A stretch of DNA of 64,000 nucleotides, taken from positions 744,001-808,000 of the forward strand of contig BQFW01000012.1 in NCBI GenBank assembly GCA_020891255.1, written 5' to 3'. Shown one piece after another: positions 1 to 11,175 of this stretch. The DNA is from Entomortierella parvispora E1425. Lineage: Eukaryota; Fungi; Mortierellomycota. The position numbers were made by a program, and so were the translations under genes. The notes beneath the pieces are model-generated. The model had not been told where the DNA came from. It worked only from the letters and a program-made list of their open reading frames with translations, and made no database searches. The stretch's first letter is position 1. Every line of letters begins with the position of its first letter.

Positions 1-775
1 CTCCAGCTCATTCTTGGCAGTGAGAACACAGTGCGAACTCCGAAGCATGATAGGCATGCGTCCGATGGGGACACCCTTTCTCCTGACAATTTGGCGACCA
101 CGGACGTATTCAACATCAACATAAATGTTGGCAGAGTAGGTCAAATCACGAAGACGACACTCATGGGGGGTGTAAGATCTGTTCATAGCCTCCTGGTCTG
201 GCCTTTCGGGTGCACCGACTCTGATTCCAGTGTATCTAGAGGTAAGAAAACGATGACCGAAATTAGTTGCTGAGGGTCTTGAAGGCGCGGCTGGTGTCCT
301 GGCATGACTCATTCTTTGGTGTTTTTCTGTTTGCGCCTCGTTTGTTTTTGTTGTGTAAAGTCATGCAAAACAAGTGCACTTGGGCCCATTGCACTTACTT
401 GAGATAGAAATGTGGGTCTACGTCCGACTTTACACGTTCGTTGGCCTTGATAATCTTCTCCAGGTCCACGTTGATGAAGTAGTTGAACGAATCGATGTGC
501 TGCTTAACCAGACCCTTGACCTTCAAGAATGCAGGTAGCAGTTTCCATTTATCCTACAGAATTATGATAGATAGATCAGGCAACGTTGTATGAGTTCGGT
601 GCTCCTTGTCTGATGAGCCTTCCTGGACAATGCTCGGCAAATCCTTGGTTACCTCAACGGTTGGAATAGGGTCAGCGAGTCCTTTGCCGCCAAACATGGC
701 CTCGGCATGAGCCTGTGCATCCTTGATGCCCTTCTTGACATCGGCCTTGGCTTCTTCCAAGCTCTTTGAAATCAT
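1..775 (-). CDS. RPC2: RNA polymerase III second-largest subunit, 5' part (runs off the window)
   Basis: Spliced reading over GT-AG introns at 652-554 and ~398-236 gives [26 protein letters not shown]...[50 protein letters not shown], the RPC2/RET1 N-terminus. Confidence 0.92.
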
Positions 776-1177
776 TTGTGAATTATGAGCAGGCAATGAC
801 TGAGTCAAGCACGAGTAAGCGAATGAAAATGGAAGAACGACAGGACAAGAGAGGAAGTCCAATACCACAACAGGTCGGGAGTTGTTCGTTGAGGACGGTA
901 TTAAAGGAGAGGAAAAAGTTTCGTCGACAAGGTTTTTGCCGCTGATATATCCCCTTGGCTGACTGACTGACTGGCCGAATGAAGGGATGGATGGATGAAC
1001 AAACGAACAAACAGACGAATGAATGAACGAACGACAAACGAGCGAGCAAGTGGACCGCAAGAAGGTCCCAGCTGCGCTTTTTTGTTTTGTTGTGCTCGTC
1101 GGACTGCTCTTTACCTCCCGTGACTGGCGGCGAGCACAAAACCGCTCGCTGGGAACATGCAGCTTGCTGGATTCTTT

Positions 1178-1324
1178 ACCATTCCTATCTGGCGGGATCA
1201 CGTATACCTTGATGAGGTTTTCACTGACGAGGTATACTGCTGACACCATTCCGATACACACAAGCTCCACTCTCTGTAATGGGGAGTGGATGCTAATTTT
1301 TGGAACACCCGCCTTGAGCGGGTG
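1178..1324 (+). ncRNA. Candidate U4atac snRNA (minor spliceosome)
   Basis: 5' ACCATTCCT; K-turn hairpin GTATACCT-TGATGA..CTGA-CG-AGGTATAC (1202-1237); TACTGCTGAC stem-I segment; 3' hairpin (CCACTC/GAGTGG); Sm site AATTTTTGG (1295-1303); terminal hairpin CACCCGC/GCGGGTG. Order and spacing match the U4/U4atac architecture as recalled. Confidence 0.65.
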
Positions 1325-1678
1325 CACTTTACATTTGCAACAAAAAAAAAAAAAAAAAAAAAGAAAGTCGAGAACTTAACCAGGGAGCCTGCTGTCAATT
1401 GAATGAAGAATTCTGAGGTCCACCACCATGATTTAAATGTTACAAACCTCACTGTCGATGGATCCATTTGCACGCCAAAGGCAGGTGATGGAGCCGTGAA
1501 GGCCCAAGGACCGAGAGCATCATGTCACGTGCTATAAATTCACAAGAACGCGACTGTGTCGCGCAGTCGGTCTGCACCATGCGATTGGCACTTGACGATA
1601 ACTGCGAGCCATGAATGAGTATTTTTATGTACAGTACAATGAAAAGGGATTTGCTATCTACAATGGGGGTTTGTGAGT

Positions 1679-2905
1679 TCAAGCCGGCAGGATCGTGGCC
1701 GTGTCAAGATCACTCAACCAAATCTCGTGCACGTGAATCGCTGACCCATGAGAATGGCCGTTGTTGCTGGCAACGCCACTGCTGCTGGGTCTGCTATCGA
1801 CACTGGCAGCATCTGTCAAACCATCATTGCTGCTGGTAGTTGCGCTGGTAGTTGAGCTGGAGCTGCCACTACTGCTGATACGACTCTCGGTACTGAGGGT
1901 TCGATAGAGATCATCCAAGCCAAGATTTCGGCGCTGATGGGGCTTCAGGAACAGATCCGCGTTCCAGTTGAATCCCTTACTGCAAAATGGGATAATGTAC
2001 AACTCTGAAGAAACAGGTACAGCGGAATAAACTGCATCGTCAAAGGAGAGAATTGTGGGCTCTCGAGGAATAGGGTGCGACGAGGACGAAGAACTGCCCC
2101 TTGCCTTCCCCTTCTTATCAGAAGGCGCCTCTTCGTCGTCGTCATTGTCGTTACAGTTATCGTCGTCTTGATCACTTTCGCTGTTGCTATCGTCCATGCC
2201 TGGCTGATTTATCTCCTTCATCTCGTCGTTGCTCGGCTCTAGGATATGATGGTTAGCGCCCAATGGTGTCTCTTGAGATGTTGAGAGTGCAGGAGGACAG
2301 GTTTCAGTTATTTCCTCCATAATCACGTCCTCGTCCATTAGCTCGGACTGCTCCTGTTCTTGCTTTTGCTCCTGTACCACAGACTCGGGGGTCTGTGGCC
2401 ATGTTACGTTGCATTCCTTGGGCAACACTTTTGATTGTGTATCAGTGAAGAGAGTAGCGCCAGAATTTGAAGGAAACCTTGCTTGGATTGGGGAAGCAGC
2501 GTCCAAGAGAGAAGTAGCAGTATTGTCCCCCATTGGGCGAGTTTGTTGGATCTGCAGCAGGGTAATTTCTCCCTCAATGACGCCTTCCATACCAGTTGGC
2601 GAGGAATCAGCTACTGCTGATGTATTTGTGTTCTTTGTCAAAGACGGGACTGCGTCGCTGTTGTCAGGGGGCGAAGTGTTGACAAAGGGCAAAGGAGCTG
2701 ACCCTGAGATGCACCCGGAATTTTCTGTAATCTGTTTCGTCGCTATCGTATGCAACTCTGCAGAAGCGTCCAGAGCGGTCGTCGTTGTTGTTCTCGCTGC
2801 CTCTTTGGCTATGCCTAGGTGCTGCTTTTGTTGCTGCAAGAGTGAAGGGGTGGGCTTTTCCATGACAGGGCGATCCTGCTCTAGGTCATAATTTTGTTCA
2901 CCCAT
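1679..2905 (-). CDS. Hypothetical low-complexity protein with a short C-terminal conserved-looking segment
   Basis: Long ORF (1679-3082); plausible ATG at 2905 (MGEQNY). Acidic/Ser-rich; no family recognised. Confidence 0.55.
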   Translation of the reverse strand: MGEQNYDLEQDRPVMEKPTPSLLQQQKQHLGIAKEAARTTTTTALDASAELHTIATKQITENSGCISGSAPLPFVNTSPPDNSDAVPSLTKNTNTSAVADSSPTGMEGVIEGEITLLQIQQTRPMGDNTATSLLDAASPIQARFPSNSGATLFTDTQSKVLPKECNVTWPQTPESVVQEQKQEQEQSELMDEDVIMEEITETCPPALSTSQETPLGANHHILEPSNDEMKEINQPGMDDSNSESDQDDDNCNDNDDDEEAPSDKKGKARGSSSSSSHPIPREPTILSFDDAVYSAVPVSSELYIIPFCSKGFNWNADLFLKPHQRRNLGLDDLYRTLSTESRISSSGSSSSTTSATTSSNDGLTDAASVDSRPSSSGVASNNGHSHGSAIHVHEIWLSDLDTATILPA

Positions 2906-3403
2906 GATGTAAAGTTGGGACAGCGATCCTTTGCACGAAAAGCTGGGTCTGGTAAGGAAAAGATAAAGAAATAAGGTGGCAGTAGTGGAAGTAAAAAGAA
3001 CCAGGTCTGGTGACTTGACTGACTGGTTGGGTTGGGTTGTGCTCGTGTGTGAGGGAGTGCGGGTGGTTGTGTGTTTGTGCAAGATTGATCAAGTGGGACA
3101 ACAACGAGAGCAGCAGACGGCGGGCAAGAGTGAGTGGAGGACAGGTCGGAAGAAAGGAAGATAAGGGATGGGGAGAGGGGCAGTGGTTGTCCACTCGAGA
3201 ATTAGGCTGAAAAGGGACCTCGAAGGCAGACACTGCTGACGATGAGAGAATGAAGGGAAAGGGAAAGGGAAGAGAGGGGAAAGAAGAAGGCGACGGGAAC
3301 GAGAAGGAGGAGGAAAGGGAGGTGAGGTGGAAGGAGAAGAGGGTGCGCGCGCAGCTCTTTTCGCGAGTGCAAGTCATGCTTTGCCATCCGTGACAATGCG
3401 TGA

Positions 3404-3428
3404 CAATTGCAATTGCAATTGCAATTGC
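3404..3428. repeat. (CAATTG)n self-complementary microsatellite
   Basis: caattgcaattgcaattgcaattgc. Confidence 0.85.
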
Positions 3429-3852
3429 GTGCATCGTCTGTCCTTGCATGTCCAGCTTGCTTGAGTGTCTGGCAGCAAGGAAAGAAGGCGCAGGCGCAGC
3501 GATCATTTTGGCCCTGGGTCGTCTCTTTTGCCACCATTTGTCGATTTTGACTCTTTTGGATAACTGAAACTAAACTCTGAGATTGACTAGGCTTTTTGCG
3601 TGCTGTGGGAAGTGAGAGATGCAAGACCGACTGACTGACTTACTGAGTGATGACTGCACACAGCAAGTACCCATGCCCCAGCATCCACATGTACTATACA
3701 TGCACGGACTGTATCTCAGCCTCCCCACCTGGATGCCATGTCCTTGTCCCTGTTCCTCTCCAGCTGTCTTTTGTGCCCAACAGGCCCCTTGGTCCGTCCG
3801 CTGCTCTAAATTTACACGTACATGTACCACATGGACAGAATATGTAGACACA

Positions 3853-3894
<42 letters not shown>
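3853..3894. repeat. (GCTGTT)7 microsatellite
   Basis: Seven direct hexamer copies; explains the poly-C, poly-AV and poly-NS ORF artefacts. Confidence 0.95.
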
Positions 3895-3895
<1 letters not shown>

Positions 3896-4399
3896 TGCTC
3901 CCTGTTGTGTCTGCGGAAGTGAAGTGCACTGCTGGGAAACAGCCCGTGGCTCTCCTCTCCTCTTTTCCTCTCTGTCACTGCCCACCCTCTGCGCTAACGG
4001 ACGGACTTTCGTTCTTCTCGCCTTTTGCCGCTCTTTTCTTTCTTTTCCTATCTGCTTCTCAGCTCTCTTTTTCCCTTAACGTTCCTACTCCTCGTCCCTC
4101 CTCGTTCCTCCTGTCTCGCCTTCTTTGCCCTTCCCCGCCCCTCATCCGCGTCTTCTCCTCTGCCATTCACCACCATCGCATTCATCCCTCTCCTCGTGCC
4201 GTTGAAACACCGCAAATATTGTTCTCCACTGCCTGCCCTGGAATTCGAACCGACGAACTCAACCTCGCCCTCGCGGTCTCTTTCAGGCACCAACTCGTCG
4301 GCACAACCTTCTTCACAACAACCCTCCACTCCCTCCTCTTCCCTCATTGTTCTCCAAACACGCCCTCCTTCCTCTCGGCGACCATACTCTGCTTCCACT

Positions 4400-5938
4400 A
4401 TGGGATTAATCGCTCTCCTCGGATCGTGTCTTGTACTAGCCAGCATCGCCACCTCGACCACAGCAGACCCATTGACGCGCGATCAACTCTACAGTCAGAA
4501 TGGCTTCCTTCAGAACTGGGTTGCCCCCATGCCAACAGCCCCCATCGCCGCCTCTTCCGCCAACAGTACAGGTGCAAGTGGAGGAGCTAAATTCTTGACC
4601 CAGAATTGGAACACCACATATAAAACCATTGCTATCGGATCCGACGATATCTCCTTTGTCGCAGACCCCTTTGCTGCGACAGCGAACTCAAGCACCACGG
4701 ATGGAAACAGCACAGGACCAGTCTTGCAATTGAACTATCCAAAGGGATCATACGCACCGTCTCTCGGACCTGTCGCTGGCGGCACACAGTTCTATGCAAG
4801 CCCATTCGGAGACAAGACCCCCTTTTCAAAGATGATGATCAGTTACGATGTCGGCTTCCCGAATGGATTCAACTGGGTGCTGGGTAAGAGAAGCGCTCCA
4901 TTTACTCATTCAAATGCGAATAATGATTCAAAGAGGATTACCGCTGCACATTTAGGCATTCGGATGTTGTACTGGCTGTTGCAGTGCCAAGATAAAAGAG
5001 GAAGCATGGCCACGGTTGACAACCCTCCACCGTCATCCCACAAAACAACCACAAAACAAGAGGGCGAAGTCCGTGTCCTGCTGCCAGTTATTGACAAATT
5101 CGTCTAACGCTTTCGGTCATCTGTCCGCCCTGTCGCTCTCTCTATTTTTTCTTTCTCCCTCTCTCCTGCAGGTGGAAAATTGCCTGGCATCTATGGCGGA
5201 GCTCCTTATGACGGCTGCTCTGGAGGAAATCAATCAACTGGAACCAGCTGCTTAACCATGCGCATGATGTGGCGCCCAAGTGGACTTGGTGAAGGTAAGA
5301 ACAAATGGTTTTCTATTACTTTTTTCTTTTTTTTCTTGTTTTCCACCACGCTCTTCATCGGCTGGGAAAATCAGGGCTCTTCCAAGTTTTTTTTTTTCCA
5401 AACTCCTTCCAATACCAACAAGATTGCTCATTTCTGCTTTCGGCTGTCGATAGTGTACGCCTACATCCCCGCCGATCCAAAGTCCAGCTTTTGTGAGAGC
5501 TCTGAGGTGATTTGCAACGATCAGTACGGCAAATCCATTGGCCGAGGATTGATCTACTTTGCCCCTGGAACTTGGACGCGACTGGACGTGATTATGGACC
5601 TAAACCAACCCGCAGGCGATCAAAACGGTCTTTTGCAAGTGTATATGAATGGAAACCCCGCCATCTCTCTCAACAATATACCCTATCGATCTACGGGCAT
5701 GGTCGGATTCCAAGGCCTCTTCTTTTCCTCTTTCTTTGGTGGCTCGGACCCAAGCTGGGCCAGTCCAACGGATCAAACCGTATACTTCAAGAATCTTCAG
5801 TTGAGTGTTGGTGCCGCAGCTCAGCTTTACGAGGGATCAGGGACCAGTGGTGCCACTGCCCAAAAGCCCACCATCGGAGCCGCGAGCGTGACTTTGATCT
5901 CTCTGGTGGCCATCGTTTTGACTTTACTCGCAATGTAA
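4400..5938 (+). CDS. Polysaccharide lyase family 14 protein, secreted and probably GPI-anchored (3 exons)
   Basis: Signal peptide MGLIALLGSCLVLA; YPKGSY, FNWVLGGKLPGIYGG, MRMMWR, GRG...F, FSSFFGGSDPSW motifs; S/T linker then a hydrophobic C-terminus. Confidence 0.85.
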
Positions 5939-6217
5939 ACAACCTACGCGTATCTACCTTATCTACATCTTGTATCTAGCTTTATTCACAAACAGGACAA
6001 AACATACCATACATACCATTTAATTAGAGCTCCACCCCATCATTATTCGCACATTATTGAAAATATATAAAGAAAAGGACAAGTGAAGCGAAACATTATG
6101 GCGACTACCATGTGCCCACAGAGCGACTATCAGAGTCCTTTCGGCCTTATCAACCAAATCTTTCAGATATTGATGATCTCGTATGTTCAAGTAATTAATA
6201 TATGTTTATTTAGTTGA

Positions 6218-8205
6218 CTAGAAGATAATGCTCAAGGCCTTCTTCCACCAAGAAGTACTCTTATCGCTCGTTACTGAATCGCTGTCCTTGACGGCCATGG
6301 ACGTATCCATATAAGCTCTGCCAGTGTCCAAGTCCACATCCATCAAGTTCAGGATCTTGGTCTTGCTCCAGAACTTATTACCAAAGTACAAGATCACGAT
6401 GAAGGGCAAGGTCACGTAGGCCGACAGGAACGACTTGATGTTGAAGGGACTGAAGGCAGAGTAACCTTGACCCAACAGAATGATCCAGCAGACCGCAAGG
6501 GTGTAGATGGGGCCGAAAGGATAGAGACGCGAAACAAACGGCAAATCCTTCATCGAGCGACCCTGGGCCTTGTACGCCATACGGAAACGCAAGTGGCAGA
6601 AGGCAATACCGATCCAGGCAATGAAACCGGTGGAGGAGGCCAAAGACAACAACCAGTTGTAGGCCTCGCCCTGGCCGACCTGGGGCAAAGAGACAATGAA
6701 GGCCAAGCAGCCGACCAAAGAAGTGGCAAGAACACAGTAAACGGGGACACCATAACGGTTGACATAGCCCAAAAACTTGGGGGCGTTACCCTCCTTGGAG
6801 AGAGTGTGAAGGGCGCGGGAAGAGGCATAGAGTCCAGAGTTTCCAGCAGAGAGAATGGCGATCAAAATGACAGCGTTCATAATATCGCCTCCAATGGAGA
6901 TTCCAGCCTGAACAAAGACGCGAGTGAAGGGAGAGGACTCAATGTCGCCATCGTCGTTAGCCAAAGCAGGGTCGTTGTAAGGAATACACATGCCTAAGAG
7001 AGGAGCAAAGGATAGTAAGCATTAAGAACAACCTTGTCCCTTCAAAGTAGTGTAATTCTTTTTTTTTTTTTGTTCCTTACCAATGATGAGGATGGTCAAG
7101 ACATAGAAAAGAAGAATACGCCAAAAAACTTGACGAATGGCCTTGGGAACGTTCTTGCCAGGGTTCTTGCACTCTCCGGCAGCAATACCGACCAGCTCAG
7201 CTCCCTGGAAAGAGAATCCAGCGTTCAAGAAAATGGAGAACAATCCACCGAAACCGCCCTTGAAAGGCATCATATCAAAGACCTGGGTACCTGGCTTGGG
7301 CATACCCTCAGCTGGCTTTCCGACAGCACCACCGATATAAAGGAAACCAACAATGATAAACACTACGACGGCTAGGACCTTGATCAACGACATCCAGTAT
7401 TCCGTCTCTCCGTAGGCTTTGACGGTAGCCAAGTTCAAGGCCGTCAAAACAAGTATAAAGACCAAAGCCCAAACCCAACCAGGACATCTCTCCAGTGAGA
7501 TCCAATACGAGATAATGACCGATGATGCCACCAACTCTGTTGCCAAAGTCACTGACCAGGAGAACCAATAAACCCAACCTGAGAGAAAGAGAAACAAAAG
7601 AACAAACAACAAGTCTGGGTGAGAAAGCTTGATTCTTTTAAAAGCTCAGCTGGAAGAGAGGATGCTGGCTCGCTCTTTTTTTTTTTTTGCCTTTGAACTT
7701 ACCAAGCATGAATCCAAGAGCGGGGTCAAAGAAGCGGGTGCCGTAGGCGTTGATGGAACCGGTAATGGGCAGGTAGGTAGCCATCTCACCCAAACTGGAC
7801 ATCATAGCGTAAATCATAGTTCCGATCAAGCAGTAGGCGACCTGAGAGAAACCAGGTCCACCGGTCGCAATACTTGAGCCCGAGGCCAAAAAGAGACCCG
7901 TTCCGATGGTTCCGCCTGATGTTGCAAAAAGGAAAATCAAGAAACGTTCGGTGAGTGTTAAGGTTGTTTGTCGCACAACAGGCAGATCGGCGTTGTCAAT
8001 GTCGTTGTCATTTACCGAGGGAGATCATGGTCAAGTGACGAGCTTGAAGGTTGCGCTGAAGACCATTCCCGCTAGATGCGTCCGTAGAAAGATCGGCCTG
8101 GGTGTTGCCTCTGATCTCGTACATATCTGGGTTCTTTTCTTCAAAAAAGGAGGGGGAATTGCCAGAGTAAGACTCCATCCTTTCTCCGCTATATTCTTTT
8201 GTCAT
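6218..8205 (-). CDS. Amino-acid permease (APC/YAT family), 4 exons
   Basis: LQRNLQARHLTMISLGGTIGTGLFLASG, GETEYW, FSFQGAELVGIAAGE, SAGNSGLYASSR motifs; multiple TM helices. Confidence 0.93.
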
Positions 8206-8989
8206 GATTGTGTTGATTAGTTAGAGATTGGAAGGTAGATCGAAATCGTAAGAAGAGGAGGGGCAATTCATGAATATGAAAGGATGGACGTGAGGGGTAT
8301 AATGAATGCAAAATGAAAAAAGTGGGATGAGATTCGTTAAAAGAGAGAGGAAGAAGGTGTGAGAGGACAAAGGGTGAGAGTTGGTCAACAGGAACACGGC
8401 TGCCAGGGGCTGCTTTCCTTATATACCAGGTCAATTATCCTTTGGCCGAGGCCCTCTTTGTTCGCAACAGAAGGCCATGAGACCAGGGCGACACAAGAAT
8501 GAACCACCTGTGGGCCATGACTAGCCCTGGAGGTCTTGCCTTCCCAACCCTATTTGGTTATATCTCGGGATCTAAACCAGGGAGTAAGTCGAGAACAATA
8601 GAATTCTTTCACGTCTAAACCCCCGGGAAAGGACGGTCGTGTGCGCGTGTTTGTGTGGAAATATCAAGACACCTCTCAGTGGCCACGACCCTGAACAGGA
8701 GTTTGTCACTACCTCGCTCTGCCCGCACTCACGACTTCTAACTCGTGGTGTCTCAGTCCGATCCCGGATTTTCGAAATGTCTGGATGGAACCTCCAGATA
8801 AGAAGGATTTCTCCCCTGAATTTTGTCTTTCTCCTGCAAAAAGCGACCCCTCTTTTAGGCAACAAGCCATACCTCATTTTTATCGGATCAATGTTGCTAC
8901 TCCGTAGACACGGTCAACTCGTGGTCATTCATATTATGTTTATTATCACATCTTTGTATCTTTACCTTTTTTTGCACCACTTTACAAAC

Positions 8990-10200
8990 AGATTGTAGGG
9001 TTATTGAGAGAGCTTGAAACCAGTGGGGCTGAAGCCTACTTACTGTAGTCAAATCCACTTTCATTCCTCCGGCCGTCGATGTTATCCCCATCCCATCGGT
9101 GCCACCGAACCTTGACATCGTCGGTACGGTACAAGTGTGTTTGTGGGTGTTCTCAGCCAGCTATTTTCCTTAAGGGCAATATGTAATGACCCTCTACATT
9201 TACTATACTGTTGTACTGTAAATTCCTCGGTCAAATGGACTAATTTTAGTCTGCCTTGGTACTGGGTTGTAGCACCATCGATTGGTACACTGGAAGGGAA
9301 TGTGGAGTGTGATTCTGCGTGTGGGTCCTCTAGTCGGTCTCTGCTGTATACTTCTGCACAATATATTTTGAACCGATAATTCCCTGTTTTCAAGAGTGCC
9401 CCAATGATGCGCTCGAGACCGACGTTGCCACCTTTTTCGACCGCGAGAAGATGCGAGTGAGTCAAATCGTCGTTGATCGCCAGCTGGCCCTGGTCACTAG
9501 CCTCCGATAGGTTGATTTTTGAAAGAGTGTTCCCTGGGAGCAAGATACCCTTGAAGGAAAGTAACAGCTGATGGCGGCAATATCATTCCATATCCAGAGA
9601 CGTGATACGCTCTTGCCGGCATTGGTGCCATTGTGGATTCGACAATATTGGTTGGAACTTCTCCACAAAGTCTCTTCCATCTGGTAACGTCCTCGTCGTT
9701 TTGCTGTCGTTTTCGGGATTGAGGTGTCTTATTCACGATAGAGTTTCCGCTCTGCTCCACATCAGTGTCGTTTGTCTCGTCGATTTGTGTCGAGAATGGG
9801 TCTATCCAATGTCGGACACTGGCCGAGATGAGTCGAGATTGGTCTGTCCAATGTCGGACACTGGCCGAGATGGGTCGAGATTGGTCTGTCCGCCCCTGCA
9901 TGTCACGAACCATCCAACCGCATCCTGTCGCGCGCGAAGGGCACCAATCGTCGGTATCGGGCAGCATTGGACTGAAGCTGTTGACGCCTCTTGTCCACTG
10001 CTGCCTGTAGCCCTTGAATGATCTTGGTCCGGGCTAAGGTAGTGTCTGCATCAGCCGCGTTAAGACGTGTTGTCAGCTCGTCATCGAGCCAACGTGATTC
10101 AGCTCGAAGCAGGTCGTCTGCCTCTGGTGGCAGTGTGCCGAATACGTCGTGGGCGGCGTGTCAACGACAAAGTTGTTGTTGACATCTATGCTGGCGGAAA
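8990..10200 (-). pseudogene. Degraded coding relic of unknown (possibly TE-related) family
   Basis: Consecutive protein-like frames (...DDLLRAESRWLDDEL...; ...VTRWKRLCGEV...; ...YRFKIYCAEVYSRDRL...; ...VKVRWHRWDGDN...) broken by stops and frameshifts. Confidence 0.35.
9806..9889. repeat. 42-bp tandem duplication (2 copies)
   Basis: ccaatgtcggacactggccgagatg(a/g)gtcgagattggtctgt x2. Confidence 0.9.
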
Positions 10201-10282
10201 TTGGACGCGAAAGTGAAGTTAGGCCAAGGTGTCGGTGTGGCCATGGTTAGGAAAAAGCCGTCGGTCAGCCTCTCACATAGAT

Positions 10283-10339
10283 TTTTTTTTTTTTTTTATT
10301 GCAACTTTGATCTTTCTACCCGAGCCACACGAGGGTCTA
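10283..10339 (-). mobile_element. Very short poly(A)-tailed retro-insertion (extreme 5' truncation)
   Basis: Poly-T at 10283-10297 plus ~40 bp of unique sequence, bounded by target copies at 10262-10282 and 10340-10357. Confidence 0.6.
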
Positions 10340-10357
10340 TCAGTCTCTCACATAGAT

Positions 10358-10612
10358 TTTTTTTTTTTTTTTTTTTTTGCAACATTTTATTTGCTATGTC
10401 GAGCCAAAGAAGTGAAGTGCTAGACCAAACTATCTACAACCTGAGCAAAGCCGCGTGGTCCAGACGAACAAAAGACCCGGATCCCCGCGCAACAAATGCC
10501 ACGGCTCGTCACCGTGTAATAAAGAAGAGTAAAATGTTACAAAAAATGGATCTTCCCCATCTTTTCTAATGTCGATAAGTGAACCTGGCCACGCACACAA
10601 GCCAGTAAGCGC
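10358..10612 (-). mobile_element. 5'-truncated non-LTR retrotransposon (LINE family A) 3' end
   Basis: Poly(A) with AATAAA; near-identical to 17233-17480 and similar to 47740-47922; target copy cggtcagcctctcacatagat at 10613-10633. Confidence 0.85.
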
Positions 10613-10725
10613 CGGTCAGCCTCTCACATAGATCGTTAAGGGTGTAGTTTCTATTTGTGATCACGTGATTCATTTGTCTGATTTAAAGACAAATTTCTGA
10701 AAATCAACGCAGAGTTAATCAAAAA

Positions 10726-10798
10726 GGGGCTGTAGCTCATTTGGTAGAGCGCTCCCTTCGCATGGGAGAGGCACTGGTTTCGACTACCAGCTGCTCCA
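10726..10798 (+). tRNA. tRNA-Ala(CGC)
   Basis: Full cloverleaf GGGGCTG..GCTC/GAGC..CTCCC-TT CGC AT-GGGAG..CTGGT-TTCGACT-ACCAG..CTGCTCC-A, followed by a T6 terminator. Confidence 0.95.
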
Positions 10799-11175
10799 CA
10801 TTTTTTGCCCTCTGGTCATCAGCTTTTTGCTTCGTAGCAAACACTCTGCGCAACCATGGCCGACATGTCCGACAGCCAGGGTCGGCGGATAGATTTCGAA
10901 CATGTTCTACTGGGTGTCATCATAACCCTCATTTTTGAAGTCCCGTGGGATACCGCTGTACACCTTTCGACAGAGGCAGAAGTAAGCTCATTAGAAGTTG
11001 TTCAAAGTCGTTCTCTCTTTCGCATCTCGTGTTGCAACCTCACTTTGTGCCAACTTCTATGGGGCTATACTTGGTCATCCAAGTTGAAAAATAAAAAAAG
11101 GTTGCTTTTTTTTAAGCACATAAACCACTGCCTGAAGATGCTTCGGGCATTTATTGAGGTTGTTTTATATACATT

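Noticed and set aside
1023-1379. 118-aa ORF and the many antisense/alternate-frame ORFs in the track
   Set aside because: This ORF overlaps the snRNA candidate; the others are shadows of real genes or products of microsatellites.
4238-4255. B-box-like GGTTCGAATTCC on the minus strand
   Set aside because: The T-stem does not pair and there is no cloverleaf; it lies in the PL14 5' region.
8570-8625. Telomerase-template-like CTAAACC(C) motifs
   Set aside because: Too short, with no supporting structure; compatible with chance.
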